A stretch of DNA of 64,000 nt from positions 62,001-126,000 of the forward strand of contig JAWLHB010000015.1 in assembly GCA_041690595.1 (NCBI GenBank), written 5' to 3'. The DNA is from Lentisphaeria bacterium. GTDB taxonomy: Bacteria > Verrucomicrobiota > Lentisphaeria > JABSQK01 > JAWLHB01. Positions 1 through 9,418 of this stretch are shown one piece after another. A program made the position numbers and the translations under genes. Position 1 is the stretch's first letter, and every line of letters starts with the position of its first letter. A model generated the notes under the pieces. It searched no databases and was not told the DNA's origin. It saw only the letters and a list, made by a program, of their open reading frames with translations.

Positions 1-639
1 ATCGCTCCCCTGCTTGACCTCTTCGACGGGCTCCCCTTCACCATCCCCACCAGAAGCAGACTGACCGCCGATGATGGCGACTGGGATATGGACAACGCCC
101 GTGTGCTGGCCCACTTCAACCTGTCCAGCATCCCGAAGTTCAATGGCGGGCTGATGTATTTTACCCGCTCTGCCACGGCCAACGCGATCTTTACGACTGC
201 CCGGGAAATCTACGCGAAGTACGAGGATATCGGCTTCTGGATGCTCCCGACGGGGAGCCCCAACGACGAGCCGATGTACGCAGTCGCGATGGAGCTTCAT
301 GGCATCAGCGGCGTCGATGACGGCAACCGCACGATGCTGACCCCGTTCGGCATGCGTGGCTCCATGCAGGTCAACGTCTTGCGTGGCATCTGCAGCTTCA
401 ACAAGGGTGGCCAGATCGTGAGCCCCTCGATCATCCACTTCCCTGCGGGCTGGCAGCACGATTATCGTTATCGGCGCGAGCGCAAACGGCTGGAGTTGCA
501 CATGGATCCTACTCTGTGCAGTCGACTCTGTGAATCGTGGCTTCCTGCCGTTGCCAGCCTGGCCCCCGCCTTTCGTTACCGGGTCGGTCGCCTGCTGCGC
601 TATTTTCGATTGCACGCATCCCTGCAAACCCATCACTGA
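1..639 (+). CDS. Glycosyltransferase-like protein (GT8-like), 5'-truncated by the window edge
   Basis: Frame is open from base 1. Contains the FNGGLMYF, NDEP and IIHF motifs typical of GT8-like GT-A enzymes; first gene of a GT run. Confidence 0.6.
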   Translation: MAPLLDLFDGLPFTIPTRSRLTADDGDWDMDNARVLAHFNLSSIPKFNGGLMYFTRSATANAIFTTAREIYAKYEDIGFWMLPTGSPNDEPMYAVAMELHGISGVDDGNRTMLTPFGMRGSMQVNVLRGICSFNKGGQIVSPSIIHFPAGWQHDYRYRRERKRLELHMDPTLCSRLCESWLPAVASLAPAFRYRVGRLLRYFRLHASLQTHH

Positions 640-647
640 CGACGATC

Positions 648-1496
648 ATGATCAGCTGCACGACCTATGAGACGATAGACCCGGATTGCACTGCCGCCTT
701 GCGGCCGGTGCGAGATCCGTTCGGAGTCATCTATGTGGTCGATGACAATCCTGCCTACCTGACCATGATGCGCATGAGTATCGAGTCTTTGCGGCGCTTC
801 CATCCAGACTGGCCGATCGAGGTGCTCAAGTTTCCTTCGCCGCGCATCTCGCCCTTGCGCCGCCTCTTCCGCTTCGGCACCTTCTGGCGGCGAGAGAAGC
901 GCCGGCAGCGCGCTGGGCAGGACGCCCGGATGTTCTATATCAAGCTCTTCAGTTGGTTCGATTCGCCCTTTGATTCGACCTTTTTTCTCGATGTGGATAC
1001 GATCGTGAGGAAGCCGCTGGATACGTATCGGGCGGATGGGGAGCGCCATGACCTGTTGCTCTGCTCCCTGCCGTGGAAGTACTACGAGCCAATCGCGCTC
1101 GGGCAACCGGAGCGGATTCCCTACCAGATGGTCGGCGTAGTCTTCTACAATCGCCGTTTTCTGAAGGTTTACCGGCGCTATGCGCTCACTCTTGCCGAGC
1201 GCCTTCGAGACCACCCGATGCCCGACCAATTTCTCGTCAGTCTGATCTGTCAGAGTGAGAGGAAATCGCTCTCCATCCGCCAGGAGCCGCACCTGCAGAT
1301 GGATGTTTTGAATGCGGCGCATCACTTCGGCACCGGGGCCTACCAGCAGGTGGGCAGGTGCGTCGATCTGAACTATTCCGGCCTCAATCCGTTTCATGTC
1401 TTTCACTACAACGAAATGAAACCTGAGTACATGGCTCAGATTCGTCGTACGTGGGGGATACGCGGGGAGTTGCCAAAAACGGAGGTCGCCCTGTGA
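648..1496 (+). CDS. Putative GT-A fold glycosyltransferase
   Basis: SPFDSTFFLDVDT (DxD) motif, later DQ and HVFHY motifs. ATG at 648 follows the upstream stop at 639. Confidence 0.6.
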   Translation: MISCTTYETIDPDCTAALRPVRDPFGVIYVVDDNPAYLTMMRMSIESLRRFHPDWPIEVLKFPSPRISPLRRLFRFGTFWRREKRRQRAGQDARMFYIKLFSWFDSPFDSTFFLDVDTIVRKPLDTYRADGERHDLLLCSLPWKYYEPIALGQPERIPYQMVGVVFYNRRFLKVYRRYALTLAERLRDHPMPDQFLVSLICQSERKSLSIRQEPHLQMDVLNAAHHFGTGAYQQVGRCVDLNYSGLNPFHVFHYNEMKPEYMAQIRRTWGIRGELPKTEVAL

Positions 1497-2329
1497 CTGA
1501 GATAGCCCTTGCCGCCGCCCCGGCCAATGTGACGCGGGTACTGCGTCATCCGCTTGGCCGATTATACGATCTGGCCGACGACGTGGCCTTTCACCGCTAC
1601 CTGATCACCCAGGCGCTGGACGCCTATGCCGAGGCCTGTCGCGCCCGGAATCAGCCGCTGGGTACGGCGCTCGCCATCTGCGCCAATGCCCGTGAAGCGC
1701 GTACCTTCTGCGACTATGCCTTTGACCGCATCGTCATCTCCGGTATTGTCGAGGCTGACGCCGAGATACGTGAGGCGATATCCCGGGACAAGCGTCTCAG
1801 TTACGAGCGGCAGAACGGTGAGGCGATCAACCACGCGACCCGTTCGTTCGACCTGGCCTTTGTGAAGGAGGGGCTGCACCACCTGGCTCGCCCGGTGCTG
1901 GGCGTCTACGAGATGCTCCGCGTATGCCGCCAGGGAGTGGTGATCATCGAACCGTACGAGACGCTTATCGGACGCCTCCTCGAGCGCTTCGGTCTAAGCA
2001 GCGTCTACGAATCGAACCAGGACGGCAACATCAACTATCGGGACAACTATGTCTTCCGCTTCAGTCGTCGTCATCTCCAGGCGCTGCTGAACAGCTACTA
2101 TATCGAGTCCGGCTACCAGCTGGATCTTTATCTGGGCTGGATGAGCACGCGGATGGTGCTCAATCGCGGAGCGCTGCTCAAGCGTCTGCTGCTGCTGGCG
2201 GGCTATGCCGCCGGCTTCACCCCGGGTTCTCCCGGCAACTACATGACCGCGTTCATTCAACCCGGTCATGATCTGCCGCCCGATCCGGAAGCTGTCATCA
2301 ATGCCCGTGAACTCGAGGAAGTACACTAG
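1493..2329 (+). CDS. Class I SAM-dependent methyltransferase-like protein
   Basis: RSFDLAFVKEGLHHL...EMLRVCRQGVVIIEP pattern of Methyltransf_11. GTG at 1493 overlaps the upstream stop (GTGA). Confidence 0.7.
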   Translation: MTEIALAAAPANVTRVLRHPLGRLYDLADDVAFHRYLITQALDAYAEACRARNQPLGTALAICANAREARTFCDYAFDRIVISGIVEADAEIREAISRDKRLSYERQNGEAINHATRSFDLAFVKEGLHHLARPVLGVYEMLRVCRQGVVIIEPYETLIGRLLERFGLSSVYESNQDGNINYRDNYVFRFSRRHLQALLNSYYIESGYQLDLYLGWMSTRMVLNRGALLKRLLLLAGYAAGFTPGSPGNYMTAFIQPGHDLPPDPEAVINARELEEVH

Positions 2330-2331
2330 CC

Positions 2332-3315
2332 ATGGCCGCATCCTTCCCGCACCGCGATGCCGCGGTCATCATTCCCGCTTACAATGTCGAACTCTCCCTC
2401 GGCCGGTGCATCGACTCCGCGCTCAAGCAGAGCCTGCCACCCGCCGAGATCATCGTCGTCAACGACGGCAGCAACGATGGTACCGCCAAGGTGGCTGCCG
2501 GCTATGGCGACAAGATCACCTTCATTGAGCAGGAGAATGCCGGACAGGGGGCAGCCCGCAACCGCGGTCTGGCGCACGCGACGGCCACCTATATAGCCTT
2601 CCTCGATGCCGATGACTACTGGGAGCCCGGTTTTCTGGAACGTTGTGTCGACTTCCTCAACGCTCACCCGGACTATGTTGCGGTGAACGTCGGCTGTCGC
2701 GTCAAGCGGGTTGACGATGAATCGATCATCCCCAGTATGTTGACGCGACCGGACGCACCGACCTCGCCGATTCTGATCGACAACTTCTTCGAGTTCTGGG
2801 CGGAGCATGACCACGTTCGTACGGGGTCGGTGCTGCTTCGTCGTGAGACGGTGGAGGCAGCCGGCTATCAGCGTGCGGATCTGCGGATCAGCCAGGATCT
2901 GGAGTACTGGGGTTACATCGCGACCTTCGGCAAGTGGGCCTTCATCCCGGACATACTCTGGGTCGGGGACTCCTGGAGCACGGCCAACAAGGCGGGCTGG
3001 TTCAAGAAATACAACAAGCGCCGCCGCATGTGCCCGACGGTCGATCAATGGCAGGAGCGCATCCTGCCGCGCCTGGAAGAGCCCTATATCCCCCATTTCA
3101 ACAAGGTGCGGGGGCGCGTTGCCGCCTCGTATGCACGCAACATGATCCTGGGTGGCCGTCCCGAGGATGCCCGGCAGGTGGTTCGGCAATACGGAGCCTC
3201 CATGCCGCCGAACCGCAGTACGCGCCTTCTGCGCGCCGGCGATGCCATCGGGTCGGTCGGCTGGTGGCTGGCCTGCCGCGCCGTCGTTTATCGAGAATAC
3301 TTACACAGTACGTGA
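2332..3315 (+). CDS. Glycosyltransferase family 2
   Basis: VIIPAYN, IIVVNDGSNDGT, GAARNRG and FLDADD motifs. Confidence 0.93.
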   Translation: MAASFPHRDAAVIIPAYNVELSLGRCIDSALKQSLPPAEIIVVNDGSNDGTAKVAAGYGDKITFIEQENAGQGAARNRGLAHATATYIAFLDADDYWEPGFLERCVDFLNAHPDYVAVNVGCRVKRVDDESIIPSMLTRPDAPTSPILIDNFFEFWAEHDHVRTGSVLLRRETVEAAGYQRADLRISQDLEYWGYIATFGKWAFIPDILWVGDSWSTANKAGWFKKYNKRRRMCPTVDQWQERILPRLEEPYIPHFNKVRGRVAASYARNMILGGRPEDARQVVRQYGASMPPNRSTRLLRAGDAIGSVGWWLACRAVVYREYLHST

Positions 3316-3327
3316 GGTAGCAGCTCC

Positions 3328-4530
3328 ATGTCTGAACCAATCCATGCCGTATGGGTGATCCGCTCCTTTCTGGATTACCGGATCCCTGTTTTCCGGGCGT
3401 TGAGCGACCTGCTGGACGACCGCTTTCACGTCATCTTCTCGGGCGATTACGTGCCCGAGTCGGTGATTGCCAAGGCGCGTTCCGCGCTGGGTGATCGCGC
3501 CATTGTGCTGGAGGGGGAGTGGCAGCTTGGTCCTGAAGATCGCCATACCATGGCAAACTCCGTCGTTTCGCTGCGGTATCAACCCGGTCTGGTCAAGACC
3601 ATTCGCGATTGCGACCCAGACGTGCTCATCTGTGAAGGCTTCTTCAAGTGGACGGTGGGTGGGTGGCTCTACAAGTTGCGCCAGCGCGTGCCGATCGTGA
3701 TCAACTACGAGCGTACCGGCCACACCGAACGCCAAGCGCAATGGTTTCGCACCACCTACAGGCGGACGATGCTGCGCTTTGCCGATGCGGTCTGCTGCAA
3801 TGGCAAGCTGAGTGCGGATTATGTCGTGTCGCTGGGCATGGACCGTGACCGGATCACCACCGGGCACATGGTGGCGGATACCGATCTCATGGCGGGCAAG
3901 GCGGATGCCACTTCTCCCGAAACGATCGCGCGGTTGCGCCAGCAGTGGAACGCCCGCGGCAAGGTCCTGCTTTACGTGGGTTCCCTCTCTGAACGCAAAG
4001 GCATTCACCACCTGCTCAACGCATGGCAGCAACTGGAGCAACGTCATGCCGACAAGCTGACGCTCGTTCTCGTTGGCGGTGGCGCCGCGGAAGAGCAGAT
4101 GCGACAGCAGGCGCGCGATGCGGGACTCGAGCACATCCATTTCACCGGCAGCATCCCCTACGACGAGCTTGGGAGTTGCTATGCGGCGGCCGACGCTTTC
4201 ATCATTCCCACGCTCGAGGACAACTGGAGCCTGGTGGTTCCGGAAGCCATGGCGGCAGGGCTGCCCGTACTCTGCTCGCGCTACAATGGCTGCTGGCCGG
4301 AGCTGGTCGAGGAAGGGCGCAACGGCTGGGTCTTTGACCCGCTCGATCCGCGGAGCTTCCTCGGTGTGCTGGAGAGTTGCCTTGCCGCCGTCCCGGATTT
4401 GAAACGGATGGGCGATGCCTCCCGCGCCATCATCGGCCGACATACACCGCAGACGGCAGCTCAATCCATTTACGACGCTTGCCATATCGCCATCGCCGCA
4501 CGACGCACCGCTCACGCCCACGCTTCATGA
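3328..4530 (+). CDS. Glycosyltransferase family 4
   Basis: LYVGSLSERKG and EDNWSLVVPEAMAAGLPV (E-x7-E type) motifs. Confidence 0.92.
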   Translation: MSEPIHAVWVIRSFLDYRIPVFRALSDLLDDRFHVIFSGDYVPESVIAKARSALGDRAIVLEGEWQLGPEDRHTMANSVVSLRYQPGLVKTIRDCDPDVLICEGFFKWTVGGWLYKLRQRVPIVINYERTGHTERQAQWFRTTYRRTMLRFADAVCCNGKLSADYVVSLGMDRDRITTGHMVADTDLMAGKADATSPETIARLRQQWNARGKVLLYVGSLSERKGIHHLLNAWQQLEQRHADKLTLVLVGGGAAEEQMRQQARDAGLEHIHFTGSIPYDELGSCYAAADAFIIPTLEDNWSLVVPEAMAAGLPVLCSRYNGCWPELVEEGRNGWVFDPLDPRSFLGVLESCLAAVPDLKRMGDASRAIIGRHTPQTAAQSIYDACHIAIAARRTAHAHAS

Positions 4531-4541
4531 TGAGGAAGACC

Positions 4542-5864
4542 ATGTCAAATTCCACCGCCCTTTCGCTGGCGGCCGCCCCTCCCACCTCGCCTGCCATTAC
4601 GGTAAGCGCCATTCTTCCCACCATTGGCCGGATGCGGCTGCGCCTGCTCTTCCTCTGCGTCATTGGAGTTGTCCTGCGGCTGACCGTTCTGCAGCGCCAG
4701 CGAACGGGCCAGCAGTATGCGGCGGTCGATTCGGAAGCGATGCTGCAGATACTCCTGGTAGGCTTTACGGCTCTGGTGTTGCTCAGCTGCCGGCCGCGGG
4801 CGTGGATTCGTCGACTGCGAAGTACGGCGGCGTTGTGGTGGTTCGCCTTTTGCCTGGTTGGGTTGCTCAGCACCGTCTGGTCGGAAAGCGCCAAGTATAC
4901 GCTGTACCGATCCGCTGAAGTCATCATCCTTTCTTTTGCCGTGTTCGTGATCGTCATGAGCGCCCGCACGTGGGTGGAAGCGGAGCGTCGCATGCTCTGG
5001 CTGGCGTGGATTGCGCTTCTGGCGGCGGTCATCGGCACTTCCCGGCTTTACAGCTGGTCCATCTGGGGATTGCGCAGCAATACCTATGGAGCGATGGCCG
5101 CGATGCTCGCCTGCTACTGCTACGGGGTGATGCTTTACAGCCGGGGCAAGCGGCGGAGGAACTTCATGGTGCTTGCCGGTGGTGCTGCTTTCCTCACCGT
5201 CTATTCGCTGAGTCTTGCGAGTTGGTGGTCGATGCTGGCGGGCGTTCTGCTGATCACCGTCTTCAGCCGTCACCGCCTGCTCGTGGTCATGCTGGCGCTG
5301 AGCGGCACCATCGCGGTTCTGGTAGGCGGGGAGACGCTCATGCAGGAAGCCATTCTGCGCAACCGCGATACCGAAGAGGTCGGTTCGCTGCATGGCCGTC
5401 GCTATCTTTGGGAGCATTATATCGAGGCGTTCAAGGAGCGTCCGATTCTCGGTTATGGGTTTGCGGTGGGGGCGCGAACGACCGGTCCCGTATACACCAC
5501 CAACACGCACAATTCGCTGATCTCGGTGCTGATCGGCTGCGGCATCATTGGCGTACTGCCGGTGTTTATCGGCATAGTCAGGATGATGCGGGATCTGCGC
5601 CTGCTGCATCGGCAGCGCATGCAGGCAGTCCTGGCGATCAGTGGCGCTTTGCTGGCGGCAGGGGTAAACAGCATGGCGAATGCCTTTTTAGGAGAGAACT
5701 GGACTCCTGCCACCTTCGTCTTCTGCTGCATCTTTGCCCTCTTCCTCTACCTATACCTGCTTTGGCGAACCAATCGCCACAGCCGCGGCATGCTGCCCTC
5801 CCGGCTCGACCTTCACCCACAATCCGCCATTCAACAGCCGGTACAGTCATGTTTGACCAACTGA
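4542..5864 (+). CDS. O-antigen ligase / Wzy-like polysaccharide polymerase
   Basis: About 10-12 hydrophobic segments and Wzy_C-like motifs GRRYLW...PILGYGF...HNSLI. Start chosen at ATG 4542 after GAGGAAG (4527 is possible). Confidence 0.85.
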   Translation: MSNSTALSLAAAPPTSPAITVSAILPTIGRMRLRLLFLCVIGVVLRLTVLQRQRTGQQYAAVDSEAMLQILLVGFTALVLLSCRPRAWIRRLRSTAALWWFAFCLVGLLSTVWSESAKYTLYRSAEVIILSFAVFVIVMSARTWVEAERRMLWLAWIALLAAVIGTSRLYSWSIWGLRSNTYGAMAAMLACYCYGVMLYSRGKRRRNFMVLAGGAAFLTVYSLSLASWWSMLAGVLLITVFSRHRLLVVMLALSGTIAVLVGGETLMQEAILRNRDTEEVGSLHGRRYLWEHYIEAFKERPILGYGFAVGARTTGPVYTTNTHNSLISVLIGCGIIGVLPVFIGIVRMMRDLRLLHRQRMQAVLAISGALLAAGVNSMANAFLGENWTPATFVFCCIFALFLYLYLLWRTNRHSRGMLPSRLDLHPQSAIQQPVQSCLTN

Positions 5865-7063
5865 AGATACTGATGGTTCACAACGAGTATGCCCGCCCCA
5901 GCGGCGAAGAGCATGCGGTCGCCGCCATCAGTGCCATGCTCACCGAACGAGGGCACGCCGTCGATTCCTTCTTTCGGAGTACAAGCGACCTGCGCACGCT
6001 CAAGGACAAAGTCCACGCTTTTCTTGCCGGCATCCACGCGCCGGAGGCCGTCGGCGCACTTGAACGGCAGGTGGACCAGCTCCGGCCGGACATCGTGCAG
6101 GTGCAGAACCTCTATCCGTTCATTTCGCCGTCGGTTCTGCCCATGCTGGCCCGCAAAGGGCTGCCGATCCTGATGCGGTGCCCCAACTATCGGCTTTTCT
6201 GCCCGAGCGGTCTACATCTGAGCAAGGGCAAGATCTGTGAGCGCTGCCTGGGCGGTCACGAGTACTGGTGTGCGTTGCGTAACTGCGAAGGGAGCATCAC
6301 CAAGAGCGTCGGCTATGCGGCCCGCAACGCGGCAGCCCGGATTTCCGGACGCATCACCGACAATGTGACGATCTTCATCGTCCTCAGCGAGTTCGCGCGG
6401 CAGCGCTTTGTCCAGCAAGGGATTCCCCGGGAACGCATCGAGATACTCCCCAACATCATACCTTCCACGAGCACCGCGCCGGACACGTGGGAGGCCGGGG
6501 AGTATGTGACCTTTGTGGGGCGGATCAGCCCGGAAAAGGGAATCGAGGAATTCATCGAGGCGGCGCGCCGGCTTCCGGCCATACCCTTTGTGGTGGCCGG
6601 TCATACGGAAGCCATGCCCGATCTTGCCGCCAGTAGCCCGGACAATGTCCGATGGGTGGGTTTTCTGCGGGGCAGGGAGCTGGACGATCTGTATCGATCC
6701 TCGCGGCTGCTGGTCTTTCCGAGTCGGTGGTTCGAAGGGTTTCCCAACGTGATCACGCATGCCATGATCATGCGCAAGCCGGTGATTGCCACCGATCTGG
6801 GGGCGATGCCGGAGATCGTCGACCATGACCGGACCGGGAGCCTCTATCCGCCTGGTGATGCGGCTCGACTGACGGATCTTATCGATCGCCTCTACCACGA
6901 TCTGAAGAGTTGCCGCGAGTACGGCAACAACGGTTGCGAAAAGGCGCTGCGCGTCTATTCGCGTGAGGCTGTTTATACGCGGCTGATGGAGATCTACTCC
7001 AAGGCCAGAACCTTCTGCAAAGCTGATGGAGCGCCGCTGGCCTATGAAACTTCCTCCCCTTGA
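5849..7063 (+). CDS. Glycosyltransferase family 4
   Basis: KILMVHNEY...GEE N-terminus, FVGRISPEKG, and EGFPNVITHAM. Real start is ATG 5849, not the ORF-track 4970. Confidence 0.92.
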   Translation: MFDQLKILMVHNEYARPSGEEHAVAAISAMLTERGHAVDSFFRSTSDLRTLKDKVHAFLAGIHAPEAVGALERQVDQLRPDIVQVQNLYPFISPSVLPMLARKGLPILMRCPNYRLFCPSGLHLSKGKICERCLGGHEYWCALRNCEGSITKSVGYAARNAAARISGRITDNVTIFIVLSEFARQRFVQQGIPRERIEILPNIIPSTSTAPDTWEAGEYVTFVGRISPEKGIEEFIEAARRLPAIPFVVAGHTEAMPDLAASSPDNVRWVGFLRGRELDDLYRSSRLLVFPSRWFEGFPNVITHAMIMRKPVIATDLGAMPEIVDHDRTGSLYPPGDAARLTDLIDRLYHDLKSCREYGNNGCEKALRVYSREAVYTRLMEIYSKARTFCKADGAPLAYETSSP

Positions 7064-7829
7064 GCTTACCGCCTGTACCATGAATCAGGCTATCGAAGCA
7101 CTCGATTATCTGGTGCATTCCGGCGGCTCTCACTATGTCTGCTTCTGCGATTCCAATACGTTTGTTGCCGCCGGCGACAATGAAGAGCTGGTCCGCACCC
7201 TGCGGAGGGCGACCATGGTCTTTCCCGATGGGATCGCCGTGTTGACGGCTTATCGCCTGCAGGGGATGGCCGTCCCGGAGCGCGTGCCGGGTCCATCCCT
7301 TTTCCTGCGTGCCTGCGAGATCGGGCAGCAGCGGGGCTGGCGTCACTTCTTTTATGGCGGCGATACGGGAGTTCCGGAAAAGCTGGCCGGGAATCTGCGG
7401 CGGCAATTTCCCGACATCCAGATCGTTGGCGCCTACAGTCCGCCCTTTCGCCCGCTCACCGGCGCGGAAGAACGTGACATCAAGCAGATGATCGAGGACG
7501 CCAGACCGGACTTGCTCTGGGTCGCTCTGGGAGGGCCGAAGCAGGAGTTCTGGATGGCGAAGCAACTGGGCGCGTTACGCGTGCCGGTGATGCTCGGTGT
7601 TGGTGCCGCCTTTGACTTTCACAGCGGCAATCGCCCGTGGGCGCCTCCGGTGATTCGCAAGCTGGGGCTCGAGTGGGCGTATCGCATGGTGACCGGTGAG
7701 CGCCGCGTCTTCATCCGCAACGCCAAGTGTGTTCCTCGCATGGCGATCCGTCTCATGGACATCAGCCTTCAGCGCCTCCTGCACCGTCCCCCCTCGCTCA
7801 CGGTCATCACCCCCCCCGGCCTCCGTTGA
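7026..7829 (+). CDS. WecB/TagA/CpsF family glycosyltransferase (GT26)
   Basis: FPDG, ERVPG, LWVALGGPKQE, GVGAAFDF and GLEWAYR motifs. Start may be 7044. Confidence 0.93.
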   Translation: MERRWPMKLPPLELTACTMNQAIEALDYLVHSGGSHYVCFCDSNTFVAAGDNEELVRTLRRATMVFPDGIAVLTAYRLQGMAVPERVPGPSLFLRACEIGQQRGWRHFFYGGDTGVPEKLAGNLRRQFPDIQIVGAYSPPFRPLTGAEERDIKQMIEDARPDLLWVALGGPKQEFWMAKQLGALRVPVMLGVGAAFDFHSGNRPWAPPVIRKLGLEWAYRMVTGERRVFIRNAKCVPRMAIRLMDISLQRLLHRPPSLTVITPPGLR

Positions 7830-9258
7830 TCGGTGGCTGCCACCGCAGCTCCAGGGTCTTGAGGCGATGGGTGAGGGTGGTGCGCTTCATGCCCAGTTCT
7901 CGGGCTGCGGCGGAGATATTGCCGCCGGCGCGGCGAAGGGCGCGGCGAAGCAGGTCGCGCTCGAAGGTCGACATGGCGTGCTGATAATCGGTGGTGATGG
8001 AGGCCACCGGGGGCTGGCGCGGATCGCCAAGGGGTACCAGATCGGCAGGACGGATGCGGGAACTCTCGCAGAGGATGACGGCTCGCTCGATGGCGTTACG
8101 CAGCTCGCGGACGTTGCCCGGCCAGGCGTGGCGCTCCAGGACGGCCATGGCGCCCGGTTCAATGCTGACGACATCCTTGCCGAAACTCGCGGCGGTCTGC
8201 TGGAGGAAGCGGTAGGCGAGCATGGGGATGTCGTCGCGGCGCTCGCGCAAGGGGGGGACGTGGAGGTGAAAGACGTTGAGCCGATAATAGAGATCCTGGC
8301 GGAAGGTGCCTTCCTGGACGAGTGGCTCGAGTCGGCGGTTGGAGGCGGCGATGAAGCGGCACTGGACAAGATATTCCTCGCGGCCGCCGACGGGGCGGGC
8401 CTGGCGGTTCTCGAGGAGGCGCAGGAGGGCCACCTGCAGACCGCTGGAGATGCTGGCGATTTCGTCGAGGAGAAGGGTGCCTCCGTCGGCCTGCCGGATC
8501 AGCCCCGGCTGGTCGCGGTCGGCCCCGGTGAAGGCGCCGCGAAGGTGGCCGAAGAGCTCGCTGTTGAGGAGCGTCTCGGTCATGGCGCCGCAGTTGATGG
8601 CGACAAAGGGCGCCTGGCGGCGGGGCGAGAGCGTATGGATCAAGCGGGCAATGACTTCCTTGCCAACCCCTGATTCGCCGGTGATCAGGACGCTGGCGGG
8701 GGTCGGGGCCACCTTGCGCACGAGGTCGAGGAGTTGCAGCATGACGGGTGAACGGGCCTGGATCGGCTGGTAGTCGGGCACGACGCCCAGATCCTGACGG
8801 AGGCGGCGGTTCTCCAGAATGGTCTGGCGCCACTGCACCGCGCGCTGAAGGGCGAGCTGCAGCGTTTCGTTGTAGTCGGAGAGGCTCCGCGGATCGGGTG
8901 GGCTCTGCTCCTCGACGATGTAGTCGAAGCTGCCGCGCTTGATCATCTCGACAATGGCGGTGGGATGACGGCGGCGGGTGGAGACGATGACTGGGAGGTC
9001 GCGGTCGAGGCGCTGTATCTCGTCGAGGGTGAGGTGGGCTGGGAGGCGAAGGCCGTCATAGTCAGCGTGTGAACTCTGCGGCCACTGATTGCCGACGAGG
9101 CCGATAACGACCGCCAGCGGCAGGTCCTCGGCGCCGCGCAGAAAGGCGAGGGCTTCTTCGGGATCGTCAATGCTGGTCACCTCCCAGTGAGCTTGGAGGA
9201 AGGCGAGGGTGGCGGGGCTGAACCCGCTGCTGATGAGGATGTGGGGCTTTGTCATCAT
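7807..9258 (-). CDS. Sigma-54-dependent enhancer-binding protein (pseudo-receiver + AAA+ + Fis HTH)
   Basis: GESGVGKE Walker A, SELFGH-GAFTGA loop, LLLDEI Walker B, WPGNVREL, and C-terminal GNISAAARELG HTH. Confidence 0.93.
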   Translation of the reverse strand: MMTKPHILISSGFSPATLAFLQAHWEVTSIDDPEEALAFLRGAEDLPLAVVIGLVGNQWPQSSHADYDGLRLPAHLTLDEIQRLDRDLPVIVSTRRRHPTAIVEMIKRGSFDYIVEEQSPPDPRSLSDYNETLQLALQRAVQWRQTILENRRLRQDLGVVPDYQPIQARSPVMLQLLDLVRKVAPTPASVLITGESGVGKEVIARLIHTLSPRRQAPFVAINCGAMTETLLNSELFGHLRGAFTGADRDQPGLIRQADGGTLLLDEIASISSGLQVALLRLLENRQARPVGGREEYLVQCRFIAASNRRLEPLVQEGTFRQDLYYRLNVFHLHVPPLRERRDDIPMLAYRFLQQTAASFGKDVVSIEPGAMAVLERHAWPGNVRELRNAIERAVILCESSRIRPADLVPLGDPRQPPVASITTDYQHAMSTFERDLLRRALRRAGGNISAAARELGMKRTTLTHRLKTLELRWQPPINGGRGG

Positions 9259-9303
9259 GATGACGATATATTGTCACCTGACGGCATATTGTCAATGCGG
9301 ACA
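9250..9303. promoter_or_regulatory. Candidate enhancer/operator sites for the bEBP
   Basis: Perfect 14-bp palindrome GTCATCATGATGAC (9251-9264) over the bEBP start codon. TGTCA half-sites at 9250, 9272 and 9290, each followed by TGAC/GGAC. Confidence 0.5.
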
Positions 9304-9348
9304 TGATAATATGGGTATGGTTGCTGAGGTTTGAGGGTGGATTTATGT

Positions 9349-9364
9349 TGGCATGGCTTCTGCT
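9349..9364 (+). promoter_or_regulatory. Sigma-54 (-24/-12) promoter
   Basis: TGGCATGGCTTCTGCT: GG at 9350-51, 10 nt, GC at 9362-63. Lies upstream of the DegT gene and next to a divergent bEBP. Confidence 0.75.
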
Positions 9365-9418
9365 GCGAGATTTGGATTGATGATCGATCATGGATGTTTT
9401 TTAACTGGTGGAGGGTGT

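Noticed and set aside
4970..5848. N-terminal extension of the GT4 ORF (and likewise 41973-42572 for PhyH)
   Set aside because: Out-of-frame overlap with the upstream real gene; family homology begins at the later ATG.
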